Below, piece by piece: positions 13,774 through 27,834 of a stretch of 64,000 nucleotides of DNA. The notes below the pieces were generated by a model. That model was not told the DNA's origin, made no database searches, and saw only the letters and a list, made by a program, of their open reading frames with translations. A program made the translations under genes and the position numbers. Origin of the DNA: Eledone cirrhosa (taxonomy: Eukaryota); the NCBI GenBank assembly GCA_964016885.1, contig OZ024741.1, positions 228,532,001-228,596,000 of the forward strand. Direction: 5' to 3'. Each line of letters opens with the position of its first letter. Within the stretch, counting starts at the first letter, position 1.

Positions 13774-13983
13774 CTGCTGCATATATGCACTGGTATTGCC
13801 TGGAAGATATGTAGTACTAGTAGATATACCGTATCTGTGATCGATGGTAGAAAATGCTTTGAAACCTTAGGTAGCATGCAAATGTGTTAAGTGTTTATTT
13901 ATAACATACTTTAACTCTGTACACTGTCTTAAGTCTTAACACTGTCCCTCTTTCCCCCATCTCTCGCTGTGTATATATATATA

Positions 13984-16900
13984 TCTTCTCTCTATATATA
14001 AAACGGTAGATGTCTGTCTGTGTGTGTGTATGATTTTTTCCCCAATGTGCTTCAAATTTACCAGGGCAGGTCAACACGTAATTATTTTTGCCAAACATTT
14101 CCTGCTTCTATAAAAAAATCGATAAAACTAAATACATGCTGTAACCCTCTCTCTTATACGCTTCATTTCTCTCACTATACCATAAAAAACATATGAAACT
14201 ACATACATATTGCAACTCTCTTTAAAAGGTTCATCCTTTCCTCTATTCCACTCTTAATCTCCTCTGCAACTCTCTTTAGAAGGTTACTGCCTCCGTCTAC
14301 TACCCTACAGTTTAGAACAACGACAAAACTTCTTTTGAAGGAACGCGACACAAACTTTGAAACCTAAGCAACACATTGATTTATACAACAACCGTAGCTT
14401 TACTCTCTCCGTCGCTCTTCCCTCTCTCTACAATAAATTATTCCCCCTCTCTATAATTTAACTGCTTTACTCTTTTCATGCTTCGAGGTTTAACTCTAGC
14501 TTCACTCTCTCCGTCGCTCTTCTCTCTCTTTCTATAATAGATCATTCCCCCTCTTCGTTCGGGAACGCGAAAAGAACTTTGATAACTAAGCGACACTCAT
14601 ACATCAAATATCAAAATTTAAAAAGCCGATAACACTAAATACATACTGCTCTCTCAACGTTACATTTTACACACTTACATTTTACATCAAATAACAAATA
14701 TTCAAAAGCAACAGATGAATTTATAAAACAACAAACGTAACAATAACGACGTAATTAGAAAACCTTTTTCACGGGATTCTATTCAAAGTCGGGACAATTA
14801 TTGCTTTTGGTCAGGAGAAGGTCATGAAGCAAACAAATTTCAAATCAATCAACAATAAGGGCAAAAATCGATCATGATCATTCCCTCTCTCTATAATTTA
14901 ACTGCTTTACTCTCTCTGTCGCTCTTCACTCCCTATATGACAACACTGCAGTGGAGCGTTCCGTATTGACATACGGCTTATCTGGGGCATTTTCAACCCG
15001 CAAAATAACACTTCATATAACAGATTAATGCTATAGACATATGAATCGGAATGTAACCCGTGAACTTTTTCCTGGGCAAAATTATTCGAACAGACATGAC
15101 CTCATTGCCAGAGTGTTCAGACTGAAACTGGCTAAACTCATGGCTTTAATAAAAAAGGTCAGGTATTTGGGGCTGTAAAATGTGACATGTTCACCGTCGA
15201 ATGGCAAAAAACGAGGGCTGCTACATGCTCACATTTTGATTTGGTTAGCTGATAAAATCAATTCAAATGCCATAGACAGCTTCATTTCGGCTGAAATCCC
15301 TAACCCAGCAACTGACCAGGAATTACATGACATCGTCAAAGCTAACATGGTCCGTGTGCGTTGGGTTCTAATGAGCATCACACGTGCAGTAAGGGACACC
15401 CAAAAATATTTGTTGACCAGACTCAGATTTGTGGCCACGGGTACCCCCTGTAGAGGCGAAGACGGCCTGAGAACGGTGGCTTCACCACAACAGTAAAGGG
15501 AGGTCAAGTCGACAATAGATGGGAGGTCCCTTACTGCCCGCTTCTCTTGAAGATGTTCAACGCCCACATCAACGTTGAGTTTTGCATCTCCGTCAAGTTG
15601 ATAAAATACATATGCAAATATGTAAATAAGGGCTCTGATGCCGCAATGTTCGCATTTCAAGCTGAAAATAGCAGGGATGAGGTCACAGAATACCTGGCGG
15701 GGCGGTACATCAGTAGCAATGAAGCTTTTTGGCGCCTATTTGGTTTACCCCTACACCAACGTCACCCCGCCATCGTACAGCTTGCGGTACATTTGGAAAA
15801 TGGGCAAAGGTTTACTTTACGGACCAAACCGCCGCAAGTTGGCCGCCGATCCGAAAGAGACCACTCTGACGGGTTTCTTCAAACTTTGCCAATTCGATAC
15901 ATTTGCGCAAACAATTGTGTACTCCCAGATTCCATCCTACTTTATATGGTCGAAAAACACTTGGGTGCGAAGAAAGTCAGTTCAGGCTGCTGAAAGACAT
16001 CCTGGTGTAAAATTTGACAGCTGTCTTGGAAGGGTTTACACTGTGCCCCCAAGTCAGCATGAGTGCTTTCATCTCCGCGTTCTTCTGCATGAAGTTGTAG
16101 GCCCACAAAGTTTTCAAGACCTCAAAACTGTTGATGGAGAAATATGTGATACGTACCGGGAAGCCTGATTTAAGCGTAGTCATTTGGAAGATGATTCGCA
16201 ATGAGATTCCACTTTAGCAGAGGGTGCTTTGTTGAAATCACCTAAAGTTCTACGGGAACTCTTTGCCATTTTGCTTCAAAAGTGTGAATTGGGTGATCCC
16301 AAATTTTTATGGGTCAAGTACAGAGACTTCATGTCTGAGGACTTCCTGCGCCTGGCTCATCTGCAGTATACTTCAGTGGAAGTTGGTTACAGCGACATTA
16401 TCTACAACAGGGCACTCATTGATATCGAGGACGCCCTCCTCGACATGGGTGGGAGTGAGTTGGCGACGTATGGCTTGCCGTCAACCGTCAGAGAGGAAGC
16501 TAACACGTTGGCCCCGGATTTGTTGCGGGAAACAGCATATGACATGGAATCTCTTTCCCAATACTTAGAGGAAAATGAGCCCAAACTTCTGTCGGATCAA
16601 AGGTTGGCCTATTTAACTATCTTTGACGCGGTTCAAAATGAGACTGGGGGTATATATTTTCTCGATACTCCTGGGGGTACTGGAAAAACTTTTGTAACGA
16701 AATTGATTTTCGCTAATATTCGTCAGGAGAAAAAAATTACATTGGCCGTTGCATCGTCCGGGATCGCTGCTACTTTGCTGCCGGGAGGCTGGATAGCACA
16801 TTCAACCTTTAACACTCCTTGGATTTAGTAAAAACTGAGACACCAACATGCAATATCAGCAAGAGTTCACACGAAGCTCTGGTTCTCAAAGGATGTTGCC

Positions 16901-17773
16901 TCATTGTTTGGTATGAGTGCACAATGGCACACAAGAGTGCCCTTGAGGCATTGGACGGGAGCCTGAAAGACATTAGGGATTCTACGGCTCCTATGGTTGG
17001 CATAACCCTTCTGCTATCAGGGGATTTTCGGCAAACGCTGCCTGTCATACCCAAAGGGACAAGTGCTGATGAAGTGCTGCCTGCCTTTAGTCGTCCATGT
17101 GGCTCTAGGTGAAGAGTTTGCAGCTGAGCACAAATATGTGTGCTCATTTTCATGGTGACAACATGTCTGCAGCATTTGCTCAAAATATTTTAGCACTTGG
17201 TGAGGGAAAGGCCCCTGCGGATGATAAGGGAGTCATAGCAATCGACTCCCTGTGCAACATTGTGAGCAGCCCTTCTGACTTTTGGGAAGCAGTTTTTCCT
17301 AATGTCTCATCTAACTTTAAAAACCTCGATTGGCTCAGCGAAAGAGCCATCCTTGCTCCGAAAGATACCATGGTTAATTTTATTAACGAGTAGCTGATTG
17401 AGAAGTTTCCCGGTAAAGAACACATCTTCAAATCTATCGACCGGACGTCAGACCTCGACGATATCGTTAATTATCCGGTTGAGTTATTAATTCCCTTGAG
17501 CCCCCAGGGCTCCCACCTCACATTCGCTTAGGGTTGGCTGTTCCATTATGCTAATAAGGAACTCGCGTCCACTTACGTCTAAATTCGCTATTGGAAGATT
17601 ATTAACCTATCATTGATTGTCCAAAATGCTAATTGGTTCGTAACTATTAATAACCGGTTCAGCTGCTTTATGCACTTAATTGATAAGCTTATGCGCTTTC
17701 AAGCTACGTTTACCTGTATGTAACTTTTCATAGCAAATGAACTAACCCGAGCAACACCGGGCTAAACTGCTAG
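13984..17773 (+). mobile_element. Decayed Helitron (Rep + PIF1-like helicase)
   Basis: 5' A|TC start; HUH motif LHAHILIW (~15220); KYICKYVNKG; Walker A PGGTGKT; ASSGIAA; LSGDFRQ; 3' hairpin CCCGAGCAACACCGGG then CTAG|T. Confidence 0.93.
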
Positions 17774-17781
17774 TATATATA

Positions 17782-19033
17782 CAGGGTGTGGACGATATTT
17801 GTTTGCAATTTTCAACTGCTAATTTTATGCAAATCTTTTTTACTTGTCACTCTTGTCTTCATAAAAAAAGTGACTATATTTCCATTATTTATTTTCAGAA
17901 TAATTGATTATGATTAATTTTGAACCTCTAAGTTTGTGGAAGAGACACGGAGTTCTTAGAATCCGCGCCGGGAGGACAAATAAGGAAATTTCAGACTTTC
18001 TCAGCGTCAGCAGGAGAATGGTGGAAAAGGTCAGAAAGGAATTGGAAGATTCAGGATTCGACTACGAAGCAACATCAGAGAGGAAAACACATGATCGACG
18101 ATCTGACGCCTTCAGAACACCCGACTTCGTCGCTGAAGTTCAGGATATCATCAACAATGAACCTAGCAAGTCGATGCGTGCCATTGCAAGGGAGAAAGGC
18201 GTGGATGAAAAGCTCATTAGGCTGGTGGTACATGAAGACATTCGCTACGTTTCATACAAGATGAGGAAAGGACAATTTCTGTCAAAGGCGATGCAAGAAA
18301 AGCGACTGAAGCACGCAAAGAAGCTGATCAACAAGTTGAAAAACCCACTGGAGCCAGACATGCTGTGGTTTTTCTCCGACGAGAACAATTTCTGCCAAGA
18401 TCAGAAGGTCAACTCCCAGAAGAACAGGTGGATCGCTCTCTCACCCAAAGACGTGCCCAGAGTCATGCAGACAAAGTTTCCAGCGATAACATTGGTCTTA
18501 GGTGTCGTCACCAGTCAAGGTGACCTCATGCCACCTCACCTCTTCCATGAGGGCCTCAAGCTGAACACGATGGCTACATCCGCGTTCTGGGCGAGGTAGT
18601 AAAGCCCTGGATCGACCAGGTAGCTGCAGGTAGGCCGTACGCAGCAAGACACAGCGCCCTGCCATACCAGAGAACTTCGTCGACGACACTTCACCTGACA
18701 TCTGGCCTCCCAGCTCGCCTGACTGCAACCCTCTCGACTTATTTGTGTGGGGCGCAGTAGAACGAGACACCAACAGATCTAACTGCAATACGAAGGCCAG
18801 GATCACAAGTGCCTTTAGGGGCCCAAGTCGAGGGACGGTGACGAAGGCCTGTACCCGGTTCCGAGGCCGCCTTTAGGCCGTCATCAAAGCCAATGGCAGG
18901 TTTATCGAGTGAGATCGAAAGAACAAGTCATGAAAACAAACTGACCCAAGTTTGATAAATATATCTTAAAAAATAAAACTACTGTGTTATATTTTCCTAG
19001 ATAGTAAACTTGCGAACAAATATCGTCCGCACC

Positions 19034-19036
<3 letters not shown>
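17782..19036 (+). mobile_element. Tc1/mariner transposon, probably DD37D/maT-like, frameshifted
   Basis: TIRs CAGGGTGTGGACGATATTTGTTTGCAA / TTGCGAACAAATATCGTCCGCACCCTG, TA TSD; ORF 17904-18599 with FFSDE, later WPPSSPDCNPLD. Confidence 0.93.
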
Positions 19037-19063
<27 letters not shown>

Positions 19064-19069
<6 letters not shown>

Positions 19070-19133
19070 TAAAATAACAGATTAAAGTTTAATCGAGCCC
19101 TCTTTGGATTTTAGTCTTCAAATTTATTATTAT

Positions 19134-19225
<92 letters not shown>

Positions 19226-19288
19226 ATAATAATAAATTTGAAGACTAAAATCAAAGAGGGCTCGATTAAACTTTAATCTGTTATTTTA

Positions 19289-19296
<8 letters not shown>
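19064..19296. repeat. Two inverted copies of a ~75-bp element end flanking a (TA)n tract
   Basis: TTTATTAAAATAACAGATTAAAGTTTAATCGAGCCCTC...ATTATTACTA and its reverse complement; relatives at 36708-36785, 54515-54565 and 62715-62832. Confidence 0.9.
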
Positions 19297-19332
<36 letters not shown>

Positions 19333-19449
19333 CCACCACCAACAGTTTTGCAAGAGATGTCAACAGGAATTGATCTGTTATTTTTATCTAAAGACATTTT
19401 TTCAAAATCCACTCCGCCCGTCCCCTCAATCTATCTTATTTCTCATTCT

Positions 19450-19487
19450 TTCTTCTGATGAAGGACTAGCGTCCGAAACGTTAAGGC
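19450..19487 (+). ncRNA. Minimal hammerhead ribozyme, family A
   Basis: TCTT-CTGATGA-A-GGAC-TAGC-GTCC-GAAAC-GTT-AAGG; palindromic AACGTT in place of loop 3. Confidence 0.75.
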
Positions 19488-19599
19488 CCTCTTCCTGTTA
19501 CATCAAGCGTTAACCTAATATATCCCTTCCATATACTGTGCCGATTGTGTTGTTATTTCTGTTGACCTGTTACAAATATATATATATATATATATATAA

Positions 19600-19915
19600 T
19601 CTCTAAATATATAAAACGGAAGATGGCTGTCTCTGTGTGTGTATGATTTTTATGCATTTCCACCTTTCTCTACCGATTTTGATGATTTTTTTTTCCAATG
19701 TGCTCCAAATTTACCAACGATGGTCAACGCGCAATAAACTTTGGCAAAAATTTCCTGTTTCTATGAAAAAAATCGATAAAACTAAATACATGCTGTAACC
19801 CTCTCTCTTACACGCTTAATCACTCTCTCTACTACCCAACAGCGACAAAACTTCGTTAAGGAACGCGACATAAACTTTGAAAACTAAGCAACACATCATT
19901 CTATACAACAACAAC
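19600..19915 (+). mobile_element. Helitron 5' fragment
   Basis: Matches 13984-14390 of the large Helitron, with deletions. Confidence 0.85.
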
Positions 19916-21680
19916 GCTCACTAGAGTTCTGTTCCCCATATGAAGATTCAGCAGCCAAAAACACGCCAGCTGCTATCGTCTTCAGTCAGGGTCATAAATC
20001 TATCAAATCCCTATCACTCAATAGCTGTAAAAGATGCTGGACAGGTCTAATCTCAACATGAAATCTGTAGAATTTCGGTCGGTCACAATTAGTGTGAGTG
20101 AGTACACACTCACTCACACACGCCGACGCGAGGTCAGAGAAAAAAAATATATACCAACATAGTATGCACCGAAAGTTAGGTTACAAAACAACAAATGTTA
20201 TATTGGTCAAATCTCAAGAACCTCGAAAACCTTCCTCAGGATTTTGGAAAGTAACCTACCACTAACTCCATTCTTTTTACCCTAGCCATAGAGTTCTCTC
20301 AATTAGCAAAAAATAGACAATCACACACTCAGGAAGTAGACAGCTAAGATCGTTTGCGCACTTACACACGGTACTCGGTGTGTTTCCACAGAGTTCTTAG
20401 AGATGAGTGCACATTTACCATTACTTTAGAATACCTAGTTAGTAAATAGTTAGAACAATTACACACTCAGTTAAGACGGATTACGCGCACTCACCATTAC
20501 TTTAGAATACCCTAACCATAGAGTTCTCTCAGTTAGTAAATAGTTAGACGTATTACACACTCAGTTAAGAACGATTACGCTCTTTATACATGATTCTACA
20601 CACAGTACCCGGTTTCTTTAGACACGGAGTTCCCACAGTTATGACTAGTCACGATCTTATCAATTGAATACTACACTAGGTTTTTGGTCTGTGATCCTCT
20701 AACCATGGAGTGCTCACAGTTGCTGAATGGACAATACTACATACACGCCACCAATGGGCCCATGACACTTACACACATCCCCGGGGTTTTGTTATTTTAT
20801 TTTATTTTATTTTATTTTATTTTTATTTTTGTGTTGGGTAACACACCTCCACTCAAACACTTATCTTAAAAGCCCGAGGGCCCTTATGGCGGGAAAATGC
20901 ACACACTGACACCTTAACTCAAATACCCAACCCTACATGGAGCCCCTTGGTGGCCTTCATGGCGGGTGCTTGCACGCACAGACTCGGGGACTCAGATTCT
21001 CAACGGGACAACGGCACATACAGAGTTCGATACGAGCTGACTAATTTCTCTACACATGGATGTGTATATACCAAAACATATACTATTTAGACGATACGGA
21101 TGTTACAATTCAATCGATACACGTATAGCAGAACGTTGAACGGAATTTACTTGCGTGTGTTTAAGGTTGTGGTTGACTCAATCTTTCTAATTTACATCGT
21201 TAAAATTGAGATTTGACCAATATAACATTTGTTATATTGTAACCTAACTTTCGATGCATACTATGTTGGTATATATTTTTTTCTCTGACCTCGCGTCGGT
21301 GTGTGTGAGTGTGTCTGTTCTCACTCACAATAATTGTGACCGACCGAAATTCTACAGATTTGATGCTGAGATTAGACCTGTCCAGCGTTTTTTACAGCTA
21401 TTGAGAGATAGAGAGTTGATAGATTTATGAGCTTGACTGAAGACGATAGCAGTTGGCGTGTTTCGGCTGCTGAATCTTCATATGTGGAACAGAACTCTAG
21501 TGAGTGAACATCGTTAGTTTTTCCTTCCTCATATCAAAGATTTGAAAACAACTCATTATTCACCTGATGAGATCAGTGATAATCGATCATGACGACACGA
21601 TCGATCTATCTGTTATTGAAACATGTGTCGTGAATAAATGATTGGACATTTATACCATGCCTTCGGATCTTTATTTTGAT
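19916..21680 (+). mobile_element. Non-coding element with ~300-bp inverted repeats, internal diverged repeats and a terminal HHR
   Basis: 19916-20218 is the reverse complement of 21206-21506; the right arm continues into the HHR at 21556-21638; short relative at 36222-36412 (minus). Confidence 0.65.
21556..21638 (+). ncRNA. Hammerhead ribozyme, family F
   Basis: TTATTCAC-CTGATGA-GATCAGTG..insertion..-GAAAC-ATGT-GTC-GTGAATAA; stem II pairing not resolved by eye. Confidence 0.7.
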
Positions 21681-21824
21681 ACAAATACTCCGCTTTACAT
21701 CATCTAGCTGCTGTTCCCATAAATGGAATCGGAGATATAGAAAAGCGTGGAGAACTTAATATTGCTATCAAAAGTTTATTGGACCGTTTGACACAACCAA
21801 TAATACACCTTACTATATAACAAC

Positions 21825-21989
<165 letters not shown>

Positions 21990-22002
21990 TTATACATATA
22001 TG

Positions 22003-22084
<82 letters not shown>

Positions 22085-23633
22085 CGATATTAACAAATGG
22101 AAACTATATTTATAAAACCATATTTATTTCATTATACATATTTCAAGGACACCAAGTTAAATTATGGTGTGCTTTCATCAGATAAAATATAATATAGATC
22201 AGTTTTATAAATAAATACTGACATACCCTTAAAGAATGCAACCATTGCTGTTGGAAGCTCCCGGATAGTGGAGTTGTAGCTTTAATTAGAATGCCCTTAA
22301 GTATCCAAAGGCCATATAAGTGTATTTAAAAAGGATATTATTAAACTAGATATACGCATTTGTCTAAATTTATACAAAGAGTACATTGTTTAAAGTTTAA
22401 GACGATATTAGTCAGTTATATATAATATAATAAATACTGTTAATAGTGTTAAAAGTAAAGTTTTACGTCAAGTATTATATTAAAAAATTATTCAACTAGG
22501 ATCATGTAATACATATATACTATAAATATACAAATCAAACTTCATGAATCATAAAACACAGATTCAAAATAAATAAATGAATGGTTTGCGATCATATAAG
22601 TGTCAAATTTATAAGCTATTTAATTTAAAAATACAAGAAAAATTTTTAAGGATTTATATTATAGTATAATATCATATTTAAAGTGTTTGCAAACACGAGA
22701 AAGAAAAGACTTAAGATTTTCATCAACCCGAAGGTAATACAAATTTAATTATATAAAAAAAAAAAATTTATATTAAAAAATAATCCTTATATAATTTAGA
22801 AAATAATTAACAATTATAAAACAATTATAAGGTTAGAATTAGAATGCCCTTAAGTATCCAAAGGCCTTATAAATGTACTTAAAAAGGATATTATTAAACT
22901 AGATATACACATTTGTCTAAATACATACAGAGTATACTGTTTAAAGTTTAAGATGATATTAGTCAATTATATAAATACAATTCCTGTTAATAGTGTTATA
23001 AATAAAGTTTTACATCAAGTTAAGTGGAAAAAGTTAGTCGACTAGGATCGTGTACGACACATATACCATAAATATAAATAAATATACCATAAATATATAA
23101 ATCAAACTTCTTGAATCTTAAAACAACATATTCAAAGTAAATAAATGAATGGTTTACAATTCCATATAATTGTCAAACATATAAGCTATATATTTTAAAA
23201 ATACAATAAACCCCGAAAAATTAAATGTATTTAAACAACCAAATGATATGCATACTCATCAGAAGATCATGTTAACAGTCCATATGTTTATGTAGAACCC
23301 TTAATCCAACATTAATCATATCGTAAATAAATAAAAATTATTAGAAGGTTTTCAAATCTTTTATAGTATCGTTTTACGCACTCAGTTGATAATAAAAGTC
23401 AAAATCAAAACTTATTTATTCAATGTTTATTTCAATGTTTTTCCTGATTTTTGTGAGGCTTGGAATGTAGAAGAAGCCTTATGTAAGCAATTTGAGAATA
23501 ATTCACTTTTTTTGTTAATTAAATTATCATAATTAGTAATTATTAATAGGGTCTCCATAGTACAAAGATTGCAGTCAGGTGATATTGAAGAATTCAAGTA
23601 GATTTGACCATTACACAGCTTGGACCAAGAAAT
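22085..23633 (-). mobile_element. 5'-truncated PLE: GIY-YIG C-terminus, AT-rich 3' region with tandem duplication, HHR
   Basis: ISWSKL..CNLCTME..LINKKSELFSNCLHK; 22284-22640 duplicated at 22838-23210. Confidence 0.75.
22125..22190 (-). ncRNA. Hammerhead ribozyme, family B
   Basis: TATTTTAT-CTGATGA-AAGCACACCA..TGGTGTCCTT-GAAAT-ATGT-ATA-ATGAAATA. Confidence 0.75.
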
Positions 23634-23684
23634 CAATATATATATACATACAGGATACGTAGAAAAAAAAAATATATATACATA

Positions 23685-24590
23685 CAGGATACGTCTGATT
23701 TTCTAGAACATTTCCATGACTTCAGAAAAAGACGCATAGAAATTCTATGCGTCGTTCTAGCCTTATGAGAGGTCGCAGAGACTTGTTGGAAGACAAACGG
23801 TCTTCCGTTGCTTACCCTGTCTAACCAGGACTTCACGACCGTCTCCAACACCTCTTTGTAAACAGTAGCGTTGTCGTTTAAGCTCTGAGTAAAATGTAAG
23901 GAGCCATGACATATCCCTCGTTGCTGACGACACCCAGAACCATCTCAGTCGCTGGAAATTTGGTGTGCATGACCGTTGGAATCTCATTTGGGTCTCTGCA
24001 TAGCCATTTATCGTTCCTTTGGTTTATCATTTGGTCCTGATCAAAGTTTTTACTCATCAGAAAAGAACCAAAACATTCCAGCTAGTGGATGTTTTATCTT
24101 AGTCAGTAAGTGCTTTGCACGGACCAAACGATTTTCTTTTGTTACATCTGACATGAAATGGCCTCGACACATCCCATGGGACTTGTATCGGATGTTTTCA
24201 TGGACAACTCTTCAGATGGTGCATTCTTAAACCTTAGGTCCTTTGTGAGGGTTCTGGTTCACTTTCTTGTGGTTTTATCGACTAATATTTAAACTTAGGC
24301 GTTCTGATTGTTTGGGACCTTGTGCATACATTTTGCGCTTGGCTGCTAATATTGGATCCACGTCAGCAGCTTCCAGACCCTTTCTAACTTTGACGACCAA
24401 AGATCGAGCAACTTTCAAGAAAGAAACTATCATTGTATCACAATGCCATGCTTTTAAGACAACGATTACAGCGTGCCTTTTCATTTCTGAGACAATTTAA
24501 TGTCTAGCATTATTTAGCTAAAAAAAAAAAAAATGTAATACGAAAATAGAAATCAAGAAAGAGGTGTCTTCAAAAAACTGATGCATCCTG
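23685..24590 (-). mobile_element. Decayed, internally deleted mariner-like transposon
   Basis: Fragments WFFSDE and WLDRVSNGRPFVFQQ..SHKA; imperfect TIRs CAGGATACGTCTGATTTT / AAAAACTGATGCATCCTG with TA. Confidence 0.75.
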
Positions 24591-25013
24591 TATACATATT
24601 GAAGTCACAATTATATCTATAATTTAATGAGTAAAGGGCTAGAAATTAAAACAAAATTGGGAGGTTACATGGACTCCAGTAACTTACCATGTTATCAGGA
24701 AATATAAATGACAGAACAGTCTTCGGCAAGATTTGAACTCAATTTGAACAAGATTTGAAGGGCAGGGTGGGGAACAGTTGATATTATTGACTCCGGTTCA
24801 TGACTGGTACTTTATTTCAACAACCACCGGAATAATGAAAGACAACGTTGTTATAATGGTGTGACACCTGTTTTGTATATCTGTACTGAACGAGGTTAAC
24901 ACCCAAGGTATTCACCGGGCGTAATTCCGAACTACCAACGAGAGACAACAACGAGACTCTGTACGCACCGTCTACCTGACCGTTCACGTCAGTTCTTATT
25001 TATAGTCTTTTTG

Positions 25014-25220
25014 AGGGCGGTGGATTGGCAGTATCGGTAGAGAGTCGGACACCATGCTTTTCAGCATAGAGTTAATGCCCTTTACGGTCTGAGTTCAAAT
25101 CCTGCCGAGGTTAACTTTGTCTTTCATCCTTACGGGGTCGATAAAATAAAGTACCAGTCACGCACTGGGGGACGATTTAAACGCTTGCTGGCCTTGTGCC
25201 TATATAAGAAACCATTTATA
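25014..25220 (+). mobile_element. tRNA-derived SINE (older decayed copies at 24700-24850 and 25430-25575)
   Basis: A/B boxes and core. Confidence 0.88.
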
Positions 25221-25909
25221 GTCTTATCGCCTAGTTCACTTTTAGTTACGCGGGGGTATTCAGGGTTGTTTCCTCACAGGAAACGTAGATCTCAGAACTT
25301 AAAAAGCTGGAACAAATACCACAAAACACTTTGCCCAGATGCTTTAATGATAAAGTCAATTCAGTACTCTAATTAGTTTACATAGGCATCATGTTAGAAT
25401 TTAGGAGACGGAGGCATTCCACTATATCGACATTAATAGTTGATTTGTCTTTTATTTTATCGATCCCAGAAGAATGAAAAGCAGTATCAGCCTCACTGAT
25501 ATGTAAACTTCAGAACGTACAGTAAGATGAATAATACTGCGAGGCACTTTTTCAACGCTCTACCGATTCTGTCAATGCATTGAACTTATGCAAAGTAAAT
25601 CTTGACAACATATTCACATTTCAATCTGGAACGGCGCAATAAAAAAACAAAGGAAAACACCAAAATAACTACGGCAAAAACAACAAAACATCATTGTGTT
25701 CAAATGCGGAATTCTCATGCCCACATGAATTTTAATGTCATGGAAAATACTAGAGCGTAATGACATTTATGCACCTCAGTTGAGTGGGTTTACAGCACCA
25801 GGAACCCAAATATATTTTGTTGAGGTCCCTAACCCGATCTTTATTGGGGTGTCAAAATTTAACAGAGAAAATGAAATTAAAAAACAAATAAATAAATACA
25901 GGAGATGAA

Positions 25910-26178
25910 AGGGAAAATTGGTAGACAGCTCCCACACTGGAATGATATTTTGCTCTGTGTGTGCTTGTGTGTATGTGTATGTGCGCACACACGCCCCCCC
26001 CATATATATATATATGGGGGGAGGCGTGTGTGCGCACATACACACAAGCACACACAGAGCAAAATATCATTCTAATATATATATGGGGGGGGGGGGGGGG
26101 GTGCGCACATACACATACACACAAGCACACACAGAGCAAAATATCGTTCCAGTGTGGGAGCTGTATACCAATTTTCCC
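25910..26178. repeat. Inverted repeat (~80-bp arms) with an internal partial duplication
   Basis: GGGAAAATTGGTAGACAGCTCCCACACTGGAA... / ...TTCCAGTGTGGGAGCTGTATACCAATTTTCCC. Confidence 0.9.
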
Positions 26179-26374
26179 TGAATGAATTGAGTTTGAATTA
26201 TTTTCCCATATCTTACGTTAATTATTTTCTATTTTGACGTTATAGTCACTTATATATTATGAAATACTGTTGGCTTCTTGCTCACATTAATTTCTATATT
26301 TTCATTTATATATATATATATGCATATATATATGTGTGTATGTACGTACATATATATATGTGTGTGTGTATGTG

Positions 26375-26417
<43 letters not shown>

Positions 26418-26465
26418 ATGTGCGTGTCTGTGGGGGAATATGATAAAGTGTCCCGACACTTTATC

Positions 26466-26496
<31 letters not shown>

Positions 26497-27366
26497 ACAT
26501 ATATTGAGTTAGAACTCAATATAGAGGGATGAACACAGATATAAGTATACATGTGTTCGAATTGCAAATGACCAAGTTAGCTAGGTTGAAAAATACTAAT
26601 TTAATAACAATATGGTTTGCCTGTCTCGATTTAAAGTAATAAATCAATAAAAATAACAAATCTATATTGGCAATGGCCGTAATACCCGTACAAATTCTAA
26701 ATATGTTTCAAACAATTATTAAGTGAAGGTCACCATTCCTGTGCTCTTCTGCGGGTATCCAGGAAATTCGTACCTTTCACTTCAAAAAGATTTAAGAAGA
26801 CTGAACTGTGTTGGTACAAGCACATGTTACAGCGCCTAACGCGTCTCATACTCGTGCCGCTAAAAATAGCAGCCGGTTTTATGGGACTAAAGTTAGCTCT
26901 ACGTATGGAGCCGATATATGCATGTATGTATTTACGTATGTATGCATGAATATGTGAGTGTACATTCCAAAGATAAAAGTCAGAGGGGGCGGTAAAGATA
27001 GGAAGAGAAGTAGACAGCTTTCCTATGAGTTCCATGGCAGGTATATTAAATGTCTGTAAAAACCTTTATGGAATTTAAAGAGTGAACTATTGTGAGTAAA
27101 GAGCTGGAGAGTAGATAAAAAAATTAGTTAAATTCCTTTCTTATCGGAAACCTAATAAAAGATCATTCAAATCACACACATCCCAATATTCTAAAATAAT
27201 TTATATTTATTACTGATTTTCTTTTAGTGTGTAATCACAGATAGTTAAATCTTCTCCTTTGCCGATGATCCAAGATTTAACATCTGTGATTCACTGATTA
27301 ATGGTGAAATATATTTGTTCAATGGAATATATACAATTAATCATTAATCATTATTATATTATATAA

Positions 27367-27560
27367 GTGCGGTGGATTGGCAGTATCGGTAGAGGGTCGG
27401 ACGCCATGATTTCCAGCATAGTTACGTCCCTTTACGATCTGAGTTCAAATACCGCCGAGGTTGACTTTGCCTTTCATCCTTACAGGGGTCGATAAAATAA
27501 AGTACCAGTAATGCACTGGGTATTTGCTGGCCTTGTGCCTAACGTATAAACAATTATTAT
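27367..27560 (+). mobile_element. tRNA-derived SINE
   Basis: A/B boxes and core. Confidence 0.9.
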
Positions 27561-27803
27561 ATTAGTATCTATATTCAAGATTCTTGTTAATTTTTAATAA
27601 CTCTGTTTACACTCTTTACAAATTATCCGGTGTAATTGTTTGATGTGTTTATTTTATATATATATATATAAGAGACGTAAGATGAGAAAATTATAAAAGC
27701 AACCCCATGCATTGAACCACAATGTTATTAAGACAAAACCTATATATTTGCTAGCATCGATATGCATTTGTATGTATATATATGTTACTAGATATAAATT
27801 CTT

Positions 27804-27834
<31 letters not shown>

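Noticed and set aside
21437-21480. Hairpin starting CTGAAGA as an HHR or SECIS
   Set aside because: No GAAA or stem III; reads ACGA rather than AUGA and has no apical AA
26730-27035. 101-aa minus-strand ORF in unique sequence
   Set aside because: No recognisable domain; includes a low-complexity tract
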